From: Candidatus Dadabacteria bacterium
GTDB lineage: Bacteria > Desulfobacterota_D > UBA1144 > Nemesobacterales > CSP1-2
Direction of reading: 5' to 3'
Length of the DNA stretch: 64,000 nucleotides
Assembly (NCBI GenBank): GCA_963805855.1
Contig: CAWDVW010000002.1
Span: forward strand, 669,154-733,153
Positions 1 to 10,462 of this stretch are shown piece by piece (the first letter of the stretch is position 1; the number at the start of each line of letters is the position of its first letter). The translations under genes and the position numbers were made by a program. The notes under the pieces are model-generated. The model was not told where the DNA came from. It saw only the letters and a program-made list of their open reading frames with translations, and made no database searches.

Positions 1-442
1 GATTCTTATAAAGTATGGGAGGGGCATTACCCATAGCCGTTCCCACTATTAAATCTAATCGATTATCGTTATTGTAATCACCCCAAGCCACAGTTAGTGC
101 GGCTTGATTCACAATTTCTGACCCCTCCGTGATGTCAGTAAAAGTCAACCCGTCATTTCTATAGAGAAAAACATTTTTTGCATCTTTGCTTCTTAACTCC
201 GCGTTTGCAACTATCAAATCCAACAGGTCATCATTGTTAACATCGGCCCAAGCGCCTGACTGCCCAAACACGGCACTACTTTTTATACCGACTCGGTTCG
301 TGACATCCGAAAATAACGGTAATGAAGTAACTCCATCTGATCCCGAGGAGCCATCATTGCTGGATTCATTCGTACAGGATGAAAAAAGAAAAATTATACA
401 TACAAGTGCTGTGCAGAAAAAGTATGATCTCGAATGAAACAA
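1..442 (-). CDS. FG-GAP/VCBS-repeat (CRTAC1/ASPIC-like) lipoprotein, runs off the left edge
   Basis: Not in the ORF track. Manual translation from TTG at 442 gives MFHSRSYFFCTALVCIIFLFSSC (lipobox), then WADVNNDDLLDLIVAN..LYRND and WGDYNNDNRLDLIVG..LYKN repeats. Confidence 0.8.
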   Translation of the reverse strand, partial: MFHSRSYFFCTALVCIIFLFSSCTNESSNDGSSGSDGVTSLPLFSDVTNRVGIKSSAVFGQSGAWADVNNDDLLDLIVANAELRSKDAKNVFLYRNDGLTFTDITEGSEIVNQAALTVAWGDYNNDNRLDLIVGTAMGNAPPILYKN

Positions 443-449
443 AGGGAAT

Positions 450-2096
450 TCAACCTTTCCTCAGTTTTTCTACGAATAAATCCGCTGCTCTCAAACTCAG
501 CGATTCTATTGTAAGTGAGGGCCCTTCGCCTCCACCAGAAGTGGGGAAAACGCTCGCATCAGTAATAAGAAGATTTTGAACCTCATGACTCCTGAGATCA
601 GGGCCTACAACAGATTTCTCTGGATCATTTCCCATTCTAGCAGTCCCAAACACATGTGTTGCAGAAAAAAAATCGTACGTGGAAAATTCTTCTACGATTT
701 CCCCAGCGCCAGAATCCTTTAGGATTTCTTTTGAGGTTTTGGAAATAAATTCGAGAGTCTTTAGCTCAGGCTCTCCCAAAAATGATTGAATCTTAGCCAC
801 AGGCACCCCATAACGATCTTTTTCGTTTTCGCTAACCTTCACAAATGTATCTTTATTAGGAAAAAATTCACCAATTCCACCTACAGCGATGGCATGGCCA
901 AACCATTTTTGCACTTCCTTGATAAAATCATCTCCCCATCCGCTCATGTAACGTGTCGCATAGTCTACAGGCCCCACAGCAGAACCTGCGGTGGGGAATA
1001 GCCTCAATCCCCCAGGAAATCCTCGTTTCGGGTCCGGCTCATTCCAATCCCAGATAACGCTATCAATGGGTATGCCCCTATAAGAGTCGAGCCTTTTAGG
1101 ATATAATGCCGCAGCCAGGTAATATAATGTTTCCATGAAGTTCTTCCCAACTTGCCCATTCTGGTTGATTTCGGAGTTTAGCAGAAGCCGTGGCGTTTCT
1201 ACCGCCCCACACGCAACAGCTATATAATCCGCTTGAATGAATTGCTCGTTACCCTCTTTGTCGAAGTAAAAGACCCCTTTCGCTTTTCTTAAGCCACCCT
1301 TATTTTCAACTTCAATTCTGCTTGCAAAAGCGCTCGTAAGAATATCGCAGTTCCCGGTTTCTTCAATTAACGGGATGAACGTGACGTCTACACTACCCTT
1401 GTCCTTTCTGGGACAACCCCACGAGCATCCATTACAATAATTGCAGGGAGGTGCATCCCGATATGGACGGGACAGTATAGCAACCGAATTTGGGGTGAGT
1501 TTAAAGCCCAGTTTCTTGCACGATTTCTCAATGATTTGACTTGCGAAACTAAGCTTATGGGGTGGCAGGGGGTAGGGATTTTTCCTTGGCCGGTACGGAA
1601 TGTCGTTAGGACCAGCAACACCCACGATTTTTTCAACCTCCGAGTAATAAGGCTCCAAATCATTGTAGTCAATGGGCCAATCCTCTCCCACACCAAACAG
1701 GGTTTTCATGCGAAAAGCGCTAGAATTCAATCGCTGGGATTCTCCCTGAAAATGAAGGGTCGATCCACCCACGCCAACAACATGACTGTACTGATAATAC
1801 TGTCTGAATTTGGACAGGTTTAGTGCACCTGATGCTTTGTTCCATGATCTAAGATTCTCATATTTTTTGTCAAGGGGTTGCTTCTCACCAAAAGAATCTT
1901 CCATCCTGTCACGAATGGGGAATCCTACTATTTCCCAATCATCCTTGTCTAATGGATAATCCTTATAAGGGTCATACCTGGTTCCAGCCTCCAAAATTGC
2001 TACACTGAGCCCACTCTTTGCAAGTTTCCATGCGAAAGGGGCACCTCCCGGACCAGATCCAATTACGATGCAGTCATATTTCTTATCTTGTTTCAT
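450..2096 (-). CDS. GMC-family oxidoreductase (gluconate 2-dehydrogenase-like flavoprotein subunit)
   Basis: FAD-binding GSGPGG, VGGSTLH, CNYCNGCSWGC cysteine cluster, C-terminal HVFGTARMG..DASVFPT..PSLTI. Confidence 0.9.
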   Translation of the reverse strand: MKQDKKYDCIVIGSGPGGAPFAWKLAKSGLSVAILEAGTRYDPYKDYPLDKDDWEIVGFPIRDRMEDSFGEKQPLDKKYENLRSWNKASGALNLSKFRQYYQYSHVVGVGGSTLHFQGESQRLNSSAFRMKTLFGVGEDWPIDYNDLEPYYSEVEKIVGVAGPNDIPYRPRKNPYPLPPHKLSFASQIIEKSCKKLGFKLTPNSVAILSRPYRDAPPCNYCNGCSWGCPRKDKGSVDVTFIPLIEETGNCDILTSAFASRIEVENKGGLRKAKGVFYFDKEGNEQFIQADYIAVACGAVETPRLLLNSEINQNGQVGKNFMETLYYLAAALYPKRLDSYRGIPIDSVIWDWNEPDPKRGFPGGLRLFPTAGSAVGPVDYATRYMSGWGDDFIKEVQKWFGHAIAVGGIGEFFPNKDTFVKVSENEKDRYGVPVAKIQSFLGEPELKTLEFISKTSKEILKDSGAGEIVEEFSTYDFFSATHVFGTARMGNDPEKSVVGPDLRSHEVQNLLITDASVFPTSGGGEGPSLTIESLSLRAADLFVEKLRKG

Positions 2097-2116
2097 CGAG
2101 ATAAATTAAGCCTGTT

Positions 2117-2145
2117 AATATAAACAATGTATTGAGTTGTGTCAA
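2117..2145 (-). promoter_or_regulatory. Sigma70-type promoter for the GMC/FG-GAP operon
   Basis: Minus strand TTGACA-N17-TATATT about 20 nt upstream of the ATG at 2096. Confidence 0.55.
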
Positions 2146-2202
2146 TTTAGCTGTTATCTTATTGCCCTAGCACAATAATCAAATAATCGGAGGAATATCT
2201 AC

Positions 2203-3012
2203 ATGAGCATATTAGCTATTTTACTGGCACTATTAACCTTAATTCCTTTTAATCTTGGATGCGAAAAACAAAAAGAGGAAAAGGTCACCCCTTCGCCATC
2301 TCCAGTTACACAAACCCCTACATCAAAAGAATCTGTAGCCAAGGAAAAGCAAATAATCGCAAGAATTAACGGAACACCCATTTATAAAGAAGACTTAAGA
2401 GGAAGACGGCTAAATGACGCTATAATGAACGAAATCTTTTACCAGGAGGGATTGAGAAAGGGAGTAGATAAAAGTGTCGAAGATAAGGTAGAGCAGTACA
2501 AGAGGGAATTAGTGACAGGAATTGTAAGACAGGAATATTTAGAAACGCTTCCTGACCTAAAAAAGGTAAGTGATGAAGAAATAGAAAGTTACTACAAGGA
2601 TAGACTACAAGAATATGAGTACGTTCGCATTCAGGAGGTTACCGTTACAGATAAGAAAGTTGCCGAAGATATAATGAAGAGAGCAAAAATGGGCGAAGAT
2701 TTAGCAAAAATAGCGCAAGAATTGTCAGTACCGATCAAAACAACCGGCATTAGATCCAATCAGTTAGCGAAAAAAAATATTTTTAGTACAACTGAAGTCG
2801 GGTCTTTGAGCGATATTGTAAAAGATGGCGGCGCCTATAAGATTTTTAGAATCATAGCGATAGGCAACTATCCTCTTGGTCAGTTCAAGAGCGTGATAAT
2901 ACATAATGTTAGAAGTCAGAAAAGGTCTCAAGCACTTCAGGAATACATGGATCAGATTATAAAAGAAAATAATATCAAAGTAGAGACTTTGGTTGATAAA
3001 GATGGAAAGTGA
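2203..3012 (+). CDS. PpiC/SurA-like foldase lipoprotein (degenerate parvulin domain)
   Basis: Signal ending LGC, IIARINGTPIY N-domain, GEDLAKIAQELS and EVGSLSDIVK..YKIFRI parvulin-like motifs. Confidence 0.75.
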   Translation: MSILAILLALLTLIPFNLGCEKQKEEKVTPSPSPVTQTPTSKESVAKEKQIIARINGTPIYKEDLRGRRLNDAIMNEIFYQEGLRKGVDKSVEDKVEQYKRELVTGIVRQEYLETLPDLKKVSDEEIESYYKDRLQEYEYVRIQEVTVTDKKVAEDIMKRAKMGEDLAKIAQELSVPIKTTGIRSNQLAKKNIFSTTEVGSLSDIVKDGGAYKIFRIIAIGNYPLGQFKSVIIHNVRSQKRSQALQEYMDQIIKENNIKVETLVDKDGK

Positions 3013-3042
3013 TTTAACTGTGTTAAATTACAATGAATAATT

Positions 3043-3575
3043 CTGCAGCAAGCTGCAGGGGGTATCAGCACATAAACAAACAGTCTCTTCACTCACTGGC
3101 TTTTTTGGCACGAGCAAGCCTGTCCAGTTGAGTCGAGGGGCCTGTCCCGGGCATTGTCGAAGCAAGGTTTCCGCTACATCTGGTCTGAGACGTCAGCGAT
3201 GTCTGAATGCCACGGCTACAAAATAATTATATCCCTTTTTCTGTAGCGGATTTTATGTAGCGGAGGTCTTTAGACCTCCAGATTTGATAATCCCCCCTTT
3301 TCTGGGCTTCCCTTTTCAAAAGGGGAGGACTCTAGGCGCCGTTTCAAGCGCATAAAGGCCTTCTTAGACGAAATGAAATGGAAACCTGAAGGTTTCCGCT
3401 ACATGAAGACGCGATTCGATCGGGACAGGAATGTCCCGACTATCCATGAAAAACGACATTATCATCAATCACGATAGGCGGGCTCGTCCAACCCCGAACG
3501 TACAAAACATAAGTCATGGAAACCTGTCCTGTCCTGAGTTGAGAGTCGAAGGGACTCATTACCTACCCGTGGCTA
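3043..3575. repeat. Mosaic of REP-type palindromes (BIME-like)
   Basis: GTAGCGGAGGTCTTTAGACCTCC, GGAAACCTGAAGGTTTCCGCTAC, CGGGACAGGAATGTCCCGACTATC and GATAGGCGGG.. units shared with the RAYT flanks. Confidence 0.85.
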
Positions 3576-3682
3576 CATTACGAGATTGCCTGTCATCGCG
3601 AGGACATCGAATAGCGATCCCCTACCTACATCGAACTAACAACACTGCGACAAGCAACAGCGGATTCGCTAGTTAAAAATTC

Positions 3683-4822
3683 TCATATCAAATGGACCTG
3701 GATAAGAGCCAATGTATCCTTTACAACCCGTTTCATCTGAATTTTTTCTTCGTTATGCTTTATCTCGTCGACCCTAGGACTAATCTTTGGATGAAGAGCC
3801 AAAATTGAGCAACAGTCCTTATACGGTTTTATAGACATTTCATAACTGCCGACATTTTTAGCCAAATCTATTATTTCCTGCTTGTCAAAGCAGATAAGTG
3901 GTTGTAGAACAGGCACTGAAATACCATCGCTAACCACCCGCAGATTGTCCAGGGTTTGAGAGGCAACCTGCCCTAAACTATCACCCGTGACAATCCCCTT
4001 ATACCCCCACCTTTTGGTAACCTCTTGTGCTACCTTAAACATCATCCTCCGAAATAAGATCAAATCATATCCTCTCAGGATCCCTTTTTTCAGCAAAGCA
4101 ACCTGAAAAGGATGATAAGGAGCTAAAAACAGACGGGATTCCAAACCGTATTTACTCAATAAATCTACTATGTCCTTAATCTTAGACTTAAGTACGTTTC
4201 CATTCTTTAAAAAACTGTGAAAATGGATGTAATCAACCTTACAGCCACGCTTCATCATCAAATACGCCGCCACAGGAGAGTCAAGTCCGCCAGATAAAAG
4301 GCACAAAACCTTTCCACTTACTCCTACTGGAAGACCACCCAGTCCTTTAGTTCTTTCGAAATATATAAAGACCTCATCCGCAATTTCAACATGAATCTTA
4401 AGTTGTGGATTCTTAAGACGAACCTTAAGGTTATATTTATTTTTAACTTCTTCCCCGACCATCTTAGCCACCTCTGTAGATGTCAAACTGAAACTCTTAT
4501 CGGCTCTCCTGACTATGACGCCAAACGTAGGGTAAGCAGTAATCTTTTCAGCAATGTTATCTAATACCGTTTTTATTATGGAATTTGTATTTTTTTCTGC
4601 GCTATGAGAATGGGCAAACCAGGAAATGCCGAAGACATCTCCCAGGCATTCTGGACCGGCATTTTCAACGACGATCCTTCCCTCGAGTCGTCTTATATTC
4701 CCACCACACATTTTTCTAATGTTTTCAATTAGCTTATTCTCAAATAAACGCCGGTTCTTACCCTTGAGAGCAAGTTCACCGTAATGCACTAGAATCGCCA
4801 TGGGGGAACTCTCCGTGTCCAA
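3683..4822 (-). CDS. thiI: tRNA 4-thiouridine sulfurtransferase ThiI
   Basis: VHYGELALKGKNRR, THUMP domain, GLPVG..LLSGGLDSPVA PP-loop, GDSLGQVASQT, DCC. Confidence 0.95.
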   Translation of the reverse strand: MDTESSPMAILVHYGELALKGKNRRLFENKLIENIRKMCGGNIRRLEGRIVVENAGPECLGDVFGISWFAHSHSAEKNTNSIIKTVLDNIAEKITAYPTFGVIVRRADKSFSLTSTEVAKMVGEEVKNKYNLKVRLKNPQLKIHVEIADEVFIYFERTKGLGGLPVGVSGKVLCLLSGGLDSPVAAYLMMKRGCKVDYIHFHSFLKNGNVLKSKIKDIVDLLSKYGLESRLFLAPYHPFQVALLKKGILRGYDLILFRRMMFKVAQEVTKRWGYKGIVTGDSLGQVASQTLDNLRVVSDGISVPVLQPLICFDKQEIIDLAKNVGSYEMSIKPYKDCCSILALHPKISPRVDEIKHNEEKIQMKRVVKDTLALIQVHLI

Positions 4823-5106
4823 AATATTACTACAACAAAACTATTCCGCCAATATTATAAATAAACAGATTTAACTTGCGAATTCATTATTTCTTGCTGC
4901 CGCGAAAATGCAAGTTAAAAATACTGGGCTAATCATGTATAATAATTTACCTTGGTAATCTCCCGTAGGTCGCTTTAGTGTTGATCCATGAAAAACCTGT
5001 AGAAAGGCGAAGCCTATCAGCACATAAACAAACAGTCGGGAGCAAAAAAAATCTTCTGCGATTTATGATTCTTAACACTATTTAGTAAGATAATAGGAGG
5101 AAAGCA

Positions 5107-7587
5107 ATGCAAACTCTAAGAAAAAACTCGATTTACGTAACAATTCTCTCAATTCTTCTTTCTCAGATCTTTATACCCAAAATGAGTTTTGGGGAGGTGT
5201 TCAATGTATCAAACGAGTCGGAATTGCGGCAAGCCCTGGCTACGGCAGATAGCAATGGTGACAATGACATAATTAACATTGCCGCTGGAACCTACGACAC
5301 AGGCGGAACGCCCTTTCTTTACGAAGCCGAGGCCTCGGAGAACTTTTCAGTTGCCTTAATTGGGGCTGGTTCAGGTATTACCATATTGGATGGCGCCGAT
5401 CTTGATCGGGTATTAATAATCAATACCAATAACGTTTCAGATAATTCTGATACGGACATAACAATTCGTTCAATCACAATTCAAAATGGCGATATTATCG
5501 GCACCGGGGGGGGGATCAGCATAATTTCAAAATCTCCAAATGCTAAAATCGAGAACTGTGAATTCACAAACAACAACGCTTCAACTTCAGGGGGCGGAGC
5601 TTCAATAAGTGCAGAATCTTTAGTGATTATGAACAGTAAATTTACAAATAATACCGCAGACACATTTGGAGGCGGTGCATTAGTTAGCGCCGAATCAGTA
5701 GCACTTAATGATAACGCATTCATGAGTAATTCTTCTGCAGGCTCTGGCGGGGGGATAAATATCTTCAGCGCGAAAACCACAACTTTATCGAACAACATAT
5801 TCGAAAACAACTCTTCCATTGGATCAGACGGGGGAGGCACCTTCATCGATTCACAAAACGTTTCCCTTTCGCAAAATAATATCTTTAACAATAACTCCGC
5901 TCAAAATGACGGAGGAGCCGTTTACGCAGCAGGGGCGGTAAATGCAAATTTCTTGGGTAACCTGTTTGAAAATAACATGGCCAATCAAAATGGAGGGGGT
6001 TCTTATATAAAAGCGTCTTCGCAGATAACCATGAGCAACAATACATTTAATGGCAACGGAGCGGGCTTGGACGGAGGGGGTTCTTACGCTGATGGTGATG
6101 GAAATGTCAACCTGAACGCAAATCTCTTTATGAATAATGTATCAAATCGAAATGGAGGCGGAGCATCTGTCGACTCAAATAATGGAATACTAACCAACAA
6201 TATATTTATAAAGAACGGTTCAATCAATTCAGGAGGGGCAGCGTACCTGACTGGCCCCGTCTCCAATACAACCAATAACACAATGACACTAAATTCAACT
6301 GCAGGCAATGGGGGTGGCCTTGCGGTAGATCTTCCAAACGAGACCGATACCGCAAATATTTACAACAACATTATCTTCAACAACACATCTCAGACCAGCG
6401 GTCAGGATGACATTTTTGTAGATGATGATAGTGATAGACTTTTCAGCAAACTCGGATCATTTGTAAACCTTTTTAATAATGACTTCACCGAATTCTTCAG
6501 CTCGTGCGAAAATTTAGCTGGCTGCAATCCAAGGGTAGATCGTGGAAATAATATTGATGCGGATCCGTCATTTGTTGATGCGGATGCAGGGGATGTAAAC
6601 CTCACAGAAAACTCCCCCGCGATCGACGCCGGTGACCCAGACGCCCCAGACATTCCACCCGCCGACTTCGACGGAAACCCAAGGATACAGGGTCCCGCTC
6701 CTGATATGGGTGCACTAGAGTTTGTTGGGCCTCCGCCACCCGTGGATGTTTTAATTGAGAAGACAGCCAATGTAATTTTCGTACCGCCTAACCGGGAGTC
6801 GGAAATCATGTACACGATAAAAATTGAAAACATAGGAGAGGAAAACGCCACTGAGGTGTCGGTACAGGATAACCTTCCCAAGGGCTCTACAATTGAAAGC
6901 CTAACACCGGGATGCGCTGAGGCTCAGTCGGGAATAGTCACCTGTCAAGTCGGCACACTCTTGACCGGCGAGGAGAGGACATTTGAAATTACGATCACAA
7001 TCACTCCAAACGCTCAAACTGTAGTCAACCAAGCGATTGTCAATTTTGAAAACAGGGTAAAAATGGTATCCTTAGCAATACCAGTCGTAAGCGCTCCAAA
7101 TGTTTCAATTGAAAAGTCCTCAAATGTCTCAACCGTAAGGAGGGGACGCTCATCCCAAATCACGTACACCATACGAATCGAAAGCGATGGTGATGATGAA
7201 GCACGAGACGTAGTGGTAACTGACGACCTGCCGGAAGGTTCCACACTAGCGGAGGCTTCCCAAGGTTGCCTAGAAGAAAATCCTGGAACGGTCGTGTGCG
7301 ATGTTGGGAATCTGCCTCAGGAAGAGGAAAGGGTTTTGAGCCTAACGATAGACATTACTCCTCAAGCCGCAAGTATTATAAATCAAGCGATAGTAGAATT
7401 CCTCGGAGGTCAAAATTCTGACTCCTTTACCATCGGTGTGACTGGAGGAGAAGGAGAAGGCGGAGGAGGATGTTCAATGGCAGGTGGCCAGGGACAGTCT
7501 GGCTCACTGTCGACGATTGTAATTATTCTGTTGTTACCGCTTTTGTTAACTGGGTTGAGGCTTTTCCGAAAGAAATTATCGCGGTGA
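5107..7587 (+). CDS. Secreted beta-helix (Pmp-like) protein with choice-of-anchor Q-like domain, two DUF11 domains and a Cys-containing C-terminal sorting signal
   Basis: Signal peptide; repeated FxNNxA..GGG; NIDADPSFVD..SPAIDAG..DMGALE; two YTIxIEx..V.V.D.LP.G domains; ends GGGGCSMAG-TM-RLFRKK. Confidence 0.8.
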   Translation: MQTLRKNSIYVTILSILLSQIFIPKMSFGEVFNVSNESELRQALATADSNGDNDIINIAAGTYDTGGTPFLYEAEASENFSVALIGAGSGITILDGADLDRVLIINTNNVSDNSDTDITIRSITIQNGDIIGTGGGISIISKSPNAKIENCEFTNNNASTSGGGASISAESLVIMNSKFTNNTADTFGGGALVSAESVALNDNAFMSNSSAGSGGGINIFSAKTTTLSNNIFENNSSIGSDGGGTFIDSQNVSLSQNNIFNNNSAQNDGGAVYAAGAVNANFLGNLFENNMANQNGGGSYIKASSQITMSNNTFNGNGAGLDGGGSYADGDGNVNLNANLFMNNVSNRNGGGASVDSNNGILTNNIFIKNGSINSGGAAYLTGPVSNTTNNTMTLNSTAGNGGGLAVDLPNETDTANIYNNIIFNNTSQTSGQDDIFVDDDSDRLFSKLGSFVNLFNNDFTEFFSSCENLAGCNPRVDRGNNIDADPSFVDADAGDVNLTENSPAIDAGDPDAPDIPPADFDGNPRIQGPAPDMGALEFVGPPPPVDVLIEKTANVIFVPPNRESEIMYTIKIENIGEENATEVSVQDNLPKGSTIESLTPGCAEAQSGIVTCQVGTLLTGEERTFEITITITPNAQTVVNQAIVNFENRVKMVSLAIPVVSAPNVSIEKSSNVSTVRRGRSSQITYTIRIESDGDDEARDVVVTDDLPEGSTLAEASQGCLEENPGTVVCDVGNLPQEEERVLSLTIDITPQAASIINQAIVEFLGGQNSDSFTIGVTGGEGEGGGGCSMAGGQGQSGSLSTIVIILLLPLLLTGLRLFRKKLSR

Positions 7588-7799
7588 GGCGAAGTTATCC
7601 GTCGAAATCCGATTCCGTAAGTCGTAATTTACCCTTCGATTTAGTGAGGACTTCGTCCTGAGCTCAGTAGAAAGATAAAATTCGAAATTCAAGAAATCTG
7701 GTGTACTATCATCTCCGAGGACTGCCCGCTACTAACATATACATATGGGGGACAACCCTTTCTGGATTCCCGTTTACTATCCACGGGAATGACACCTAT

Positions 7800-8292
7800 T
7801 TTGTCATATCCTATGATTGTAATAGGGGTATCCATAGGTTTTCTGGATTCGCGCTAACTCCTGTCCCCGCGTGCGTTTAACGGGGAATCCGCGGGAATAA
7901 CAGGCCAGGAGAAGGCTTCGCTAGAGCCTGCACCGAGCCTTTCAAACTGCTCCAATGACACTTTCTTCATGTAGCGGAGGTCTTTAGACCTCCAGGTTTT
8001 TATTGTGGAAACCTAAAGGTTTCCGCTACGTGTAGACGCGATTCTATCGGGACAAGAATGTCCCGACTATCCATAATAAATACGCTTATCAATAATGATA
8101 GGCGGGGTTTTCCAACCCCGCATGGATAAAACACATGGCGTGGAAACCTGAAGGTTTCCGCTACATTTAATAAATGTCATGCAGATCGACCACCCTAGAA
8201 CCAATTTATTGTGCTCTTTTTGGCGGCCAGAAGGTCGCCGCTAGAATAATCATATCCCTTATTTCCGCCACTGGCTCCCAAAACTCCGCCAC
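7800..8292 (-). mobile_element. Internally deleted, non-autonomous copy of the RAYT locus (MITE-like) with REP/REPIN cluster
   Basis: The reverse complement matches the RAYT 5' flank (15245-15302), the last ~40 nt of the RAYT CDS (8167-8204) and the 3' REP cluster (10943-11138; 15927-16150 and 16297-16395). Confidence 0.8.
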
Positions 8293-8482
8293 TTTTGAAG
8301 CAAATTTCAGCGATCTCCAGTCCGACGCTAGGTAGGAGATTCCTCGCTTCGCTCGGAATGACGCCTCGCTACAGCTAGCCATAGAGAACTACAAATTTTA
8401 ACCCCACTATTGAGAAATCCCTTCATATCGGTTATAAAATATATCCCAATAGAGTCCTTGAGAATTCATTGACCGAATCAAA

Positions 8483-9541
8483 ATGAGAGCAATCATATAC
8501 TTTTTATCTATAATTATTATGCTGACCTCGGGATGCAGCCAGTCTAAAAAGGATGAAGGAAAAAACAGTCCTCTTGAGTCCTCAAAAGAACAAAGCGGCT
8601 CTAGTGAGAACATAGTCGCCCGGGTTAACTCAAGACCCATTTACGAAACGGAGCTTCGCGATAGGAATCTCGATGATATCATAGCCGATGAGATACTATA
8701 TCAGGACGCGATACGGCAGGGCTTAGATAAGGATGTTTCGATCGAAGATCGGGTAAAAAGATATAAGAGAAATTTAATCGTAAGCACACTGGTTAAAAGT
8801 GATGAAGATGCCTTGCGCAGAGTGGCTTCCAAGTCCAGGCGCGCCGTCCAAAGCTATTTGGAAAAGAAACTGAAACCGGGTGAGGATGGTTCAAACGAGG
8901 AAGAGCTAAATAGCCAACAATCAAACCATGCCATTCCCAAGGACTTCCTTTACGAAGAAGCGGTAAGGGTAGGCCTTGATAAGGATGAGAAAATTATCGA
9001 TGACGTAAATAAATTTAGAAGGAACCTGGTCACATATGAATACAAGAACAAACTCGTTCCAGACCTCTCTGCACTCGATGATATAAATCAAGAAGACATA
9101 AATAAATTTTACGAGGATAACAGGCTTAAATTTACGAAGTACGATCTAGAGTTTTTATCATTGAACGATAAAGGAGTTGCAGACGAGCTTGATAAGAGGG
9201 CAAAGGCTGGCGAGGATCTTAAGAATCTCTATTCGCAGTATAATGCAAAATATCCGGACGCTAAGATAATATATAGAAAGCTGTTTTACAATACCAAATA
9301 TGCAAACCTGCTAGTAGGCAAGCAAGTCGGTACCGTCAGTGACATCTTGAATGAGGATGATAATTATAAGATATTGAAACTGAAAAACATAAGAGTAGAG
9401 CCTGTTTCAAGGGTACAAGGCAGGATAAAAAACTACCTCTTGATCCAGAAAAAGGATAGAAAACTGAGAGAGATTGCGAATTCCGTAGCGAAGAAAAACA
9501 ATATCGAGGTTGAAATCTATATGGAGAACCAGAAAATATGA
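8483..9541 (+). CDS. PpiC/SurA(EpsD)-like foldase lipoprotein with an internal duplication
   Basis: Lipobox TSGC; IVARVNSRPIY; LYQDAIRQGLDKD..KRYKRNL repeated as LYEEAVRVGLDKD..KFRRNL; paralogous to 2203-3012. Confidence 0.7.
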   Translation: MRAIIYFLSIIIMLTSGCSQSKKDEGKNSPLESSKEQSGSSENIVARVNSRPIYETELRDRNLDDIIADEILYQDAIRQGLDKDVSIEDRVKRYKRNLIVSTLVKSDEDALRRVASKSRRAVQSYLEKKLKPGEDGSNEEELNSQQSNHAIPKDFLYEEAVRVGLDKDEKIIDDVNKFRRNLVTYEYKNKLVPDLSALDDINQEDINKFYEDNRLKFTKYDLEFLSLNDKGVADELDKRAKAGEDLKNLYSQYNAKYPDAKIIYRKLFYNTKYANLLVGKQVGTVSDILNEDDNYKILKLKNIRVEPVSRVQGRIKNYLLIQKKDRKLREIANSVAKKNNIEVEIYMENQKI

Positions 9542-10071
9542 AATCATCAAGGAGAAGGTTTCTGAAATCGATTGGAGCCGCACTTCTAGCGAACGGTATC
9601 CTTTCCTACTTCCCTCTTCGCCTCTTTGCAAAAACCGATGATGCGATCAGCAATGGTATCGAAATTACAACTGGATTCATTGTGTTTAACGAAAAAACCC
9701 AAAGAATCATGTTAGCCCTTGCTGAAACCCTCGTACCATGGGCAAAGGAGATCGAATTCAGGAAATTGTTCATGGAGAAGATGAAGGGTGACCATGGTCT
9801 TGCCGGGGCCTTTGACGCCGGGCTGTGGAATTTAAACGCCAATTCGTTAACTATACTCAAAAAACCCTTTTACGAACTCGGGAAAGTAGAGGAAAAGAAG
9901 AAGGTTATAGACCACATAATAGATAGAAATTATCAGTTTTACACAAAGTTTCGTAGAGTAACAATCGAAATTGTCTTTTCCAACCCAACCGCTTGGAAAA
10001 GGATTTCGTACAATGGTCCTCCACAACCCAGGGGGTTTATGGATTACACTATGCCTCCGAAGGTTGGATAA
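9538..10071 (+). CDS. Gluconate 2-dehydrogenase subunit 3 (gamma) family protein, Tat-exported
   Basis: SRRRFLK twin-arginine signal; LAETLVP..; C-terminal FSNPTAWKRISYNGPPQPRG. Confidence 0.75.
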   Translation: MKSSRRRFLKSIGAALLANGILSYFPLRLFAKTDDAISNGIEITTGFIVFNEKTQRIMLALAETLVPWAKEIEFRKLFMEKMKGDHGLAGAFDAGLWNLNANSLTILKKPFYELGKVEEKKKVIDHIIDRNYQFYTKFRRVTIEIVFSNPTAWKRISYNGPPQPRGFMDYTMPPKVG

Positions 10072-10083
10072 GCCTACCTATTT

Positions 10084-10455
10084 TCCCTTCGGTTCACGTG
10101 TTCCTGCGACGAACCTCGTGGCAGGCTTGCTCGTGACAATTGATCACATCCCACCAGCAAGACTGGTGGGCTTACCCTATTTATGCGGGGTAAGAAAACC
10201 CCGCCTATGATTATTGATAAGTCTACACGTAGCGGAAACCTTTAGGTTTCCACAATAAAAACCTGGAGGTCTAAAGACCTCCGCTACATAAAAAGCCATA
10301 TAATTTTTCGGGGGCGACCTTCGGACGTCAGTGATATCCCAAATCAAATGTAGCGGAAACCTTTAGGTTTCCACAACAAAAACCTGGAGGACTAAAGACG
10401 TCCGCTACATAAAAAGGCAGTATAATTTTTGTAGCGGCGAGCTTCAGGTCGCCAC
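10084..10455. repeat. REP/REPIN cluster upstream of RAYT copy 1
   Basis: 59-bp REPIN at 10229-10287, variant at 10349-10409, GTAGCGGCGAGCTTCAGGTCGCC just before the CDS, CCCACCAGCAAGACTGGTGGG hairpin. Confidence 0.9.
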
Positions 10456-10462
10456 ACAGACA

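Noticed and set aside
3431-3676. Small ORFs over repeat mosaics (also 16066, 16297, 21260, 29666, 36280, 42327, 42473)
   Set aside because: They are translations of palindromic repeats with no RBS or family motif.
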